From a bacterium (GTDB taxonomy: Bacteria; Zhuqueibacterota; Zhuqueibacteria; Residuimicrobiales; Krinioviventaceae), in the NCBI GenBank assembly GCA_963675755.2, contig CAXXMD010000002.1, forward strand, positions 800,001-864,000: DNA of 64,000 bases. The letters are read 5' to 3'. Below the pieces are notes generated by a model. The model was not told the origin of the DNA. It was given only the letters and a program-made list of their open reading frames with translations, and did no database searches. Both the position numbers and the translations under genes were made by a program. Shown here in pieces: positions 63,339-64,000 of this stretch; the stretch's first letter is position 1; each line of letters starts with the position of its first letter.

Positions 63339-64000
63339 TTATTCAATATTTTTTTGAAATACCTGAAATTTTATGGTTTCTTTATAACCATCTTCATCCT
63401 GAACTGTTAACTGATGATTACCGGGATCTAAAGAAACCGGAAAATTGTGAATATCCTGTGTTTCACGCAAATACACTCCATCAAGATACCAAAAGATACG
63501 TGAAGACGGATTATGATGTTTCGCGGAAAAAACAATTTTTTCAAGCTTTCCATCAATATCTCTGGGTACAAAAATCTTGATTCCGTTAAGCGGATAAATC
63601 AACTCCAATATCGTCAGGTTCTGTTGAACAGGACAATCCGGTGCATGCTTGGGTATTTCATCACAATGCACACCCTGTTTTTCCAATACTTCTTTAACAA
63701 GTGGCGGTACAATATATAAACTAATAGATTGAGTTGGTTTGTTCAGCCAGCACAAAGAGCAAACAACATCTCTTGTATGCTCATCTATAATATAATGTTG
63801 ATGAAAAGGACAAAATCCGGGAATATAACTGTTTATAGGACGTTCAATCAATACGGTTTCAGGACAATCAGGGCCTGCAGGATAACCACTCTGCTTACAG
63901 CACTCCACCAAAACCAGATCATCATTGGGTTTATCAAACCACAATTCTTTTTGAGGATCAGTTAAAGCATTGAACAAATCAAACATCATGGGTGCGGCAC
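63339..64000 (-). CDS. pbpC: Penicillin-binding protein 1C, C-terminal part (5' end outside the window)
   Basis: AAPMMFDLF, CKQSGYPAGPDCP, ELIYPLNG.KIFVP, IFWYLDG..L, PGNHQLTVQDEDG (PBP1C C-terminal Ig-like domain). Confidence 0.8.
   Translation of the reverse strand, partial: AAPMMFDLFNALTDPQKELWFDKPNDDLVLVECCKQSGYPAGPDCPETVLIERPINSYIPGFCPFHQHYIIDEHTRDVVCSLCWLNKPTQSISLYIVPPLVKEVLEKQGVHCDEIPKHAPDCPVQQNLTILELIYPLNGIKIFVPRDIDGKLEKIVFSAKHHNPSSRIFWYLDGVYLRETQDIHNFPVSLDPGNHQLTVQDEDGYKETIKFQVFQKNIE

Overview
AT-rich, densely coding bacterial chromosome segment. The gene style suggests a diderm of the FCB superphylum, e.g. a KSB1/Calditrichota-like lineage (inference): a FlgD-Ig/T9SS-like C-terminal tail, many Tat proteins, an Rsb cluster, and consensus TTGACA-N17-TATAAT promoters. 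I saw no rRNA, tRNA, CRISPR array or mobile element. Contents in order: (1) an Rsb-type partner-switching cluster with four PP2C/SpoIIE phosphatases plus RsbV and RsbW; (2) an AmmeMemoRadiSam locus in which the radical SAM enzyme and a DUF362 protein carry twin-arginine signals and a Memo-AMMECR1 fusion carries a Sec-type signal, so the system looks exported; (3) a REC-PAS-GAF-GAF protein with no output domain; (4) an 8-gene TrmB-led operon (ALDH7, class III omega-aminotransferase, homoisocitrate dehydrogenase-like enzyme, HMG-CoA lyase-like enzyme, class III CoA-transferase, homoaconitase-like large and small subunits). Its most coherent reading is a lysine catabolic route that runs the alpha-aminoadipate pathway backwards and ends in homocitryl-CoA cleavage; this is my top candidate for an undescribed system. 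Further genes: (5) a long KamA-family radical SAM enzyme; (6) envelope genes (beta-barrel-CpoB fusion, LPP20/TPR-SLH/FlgT/CsgG operon, OmpA with TSP3 repeats, a second TPR-CsgG-like operon); (7) der, rsgA, sdaA, queH and an ECF sigma locus; (8) a pdaD-DHS-like-speB polyamine operon; (9) a CusCBA-type metal efflux system; (10) a partial pbpC. All family assignments come from motif recognition by eye, not from database searches.
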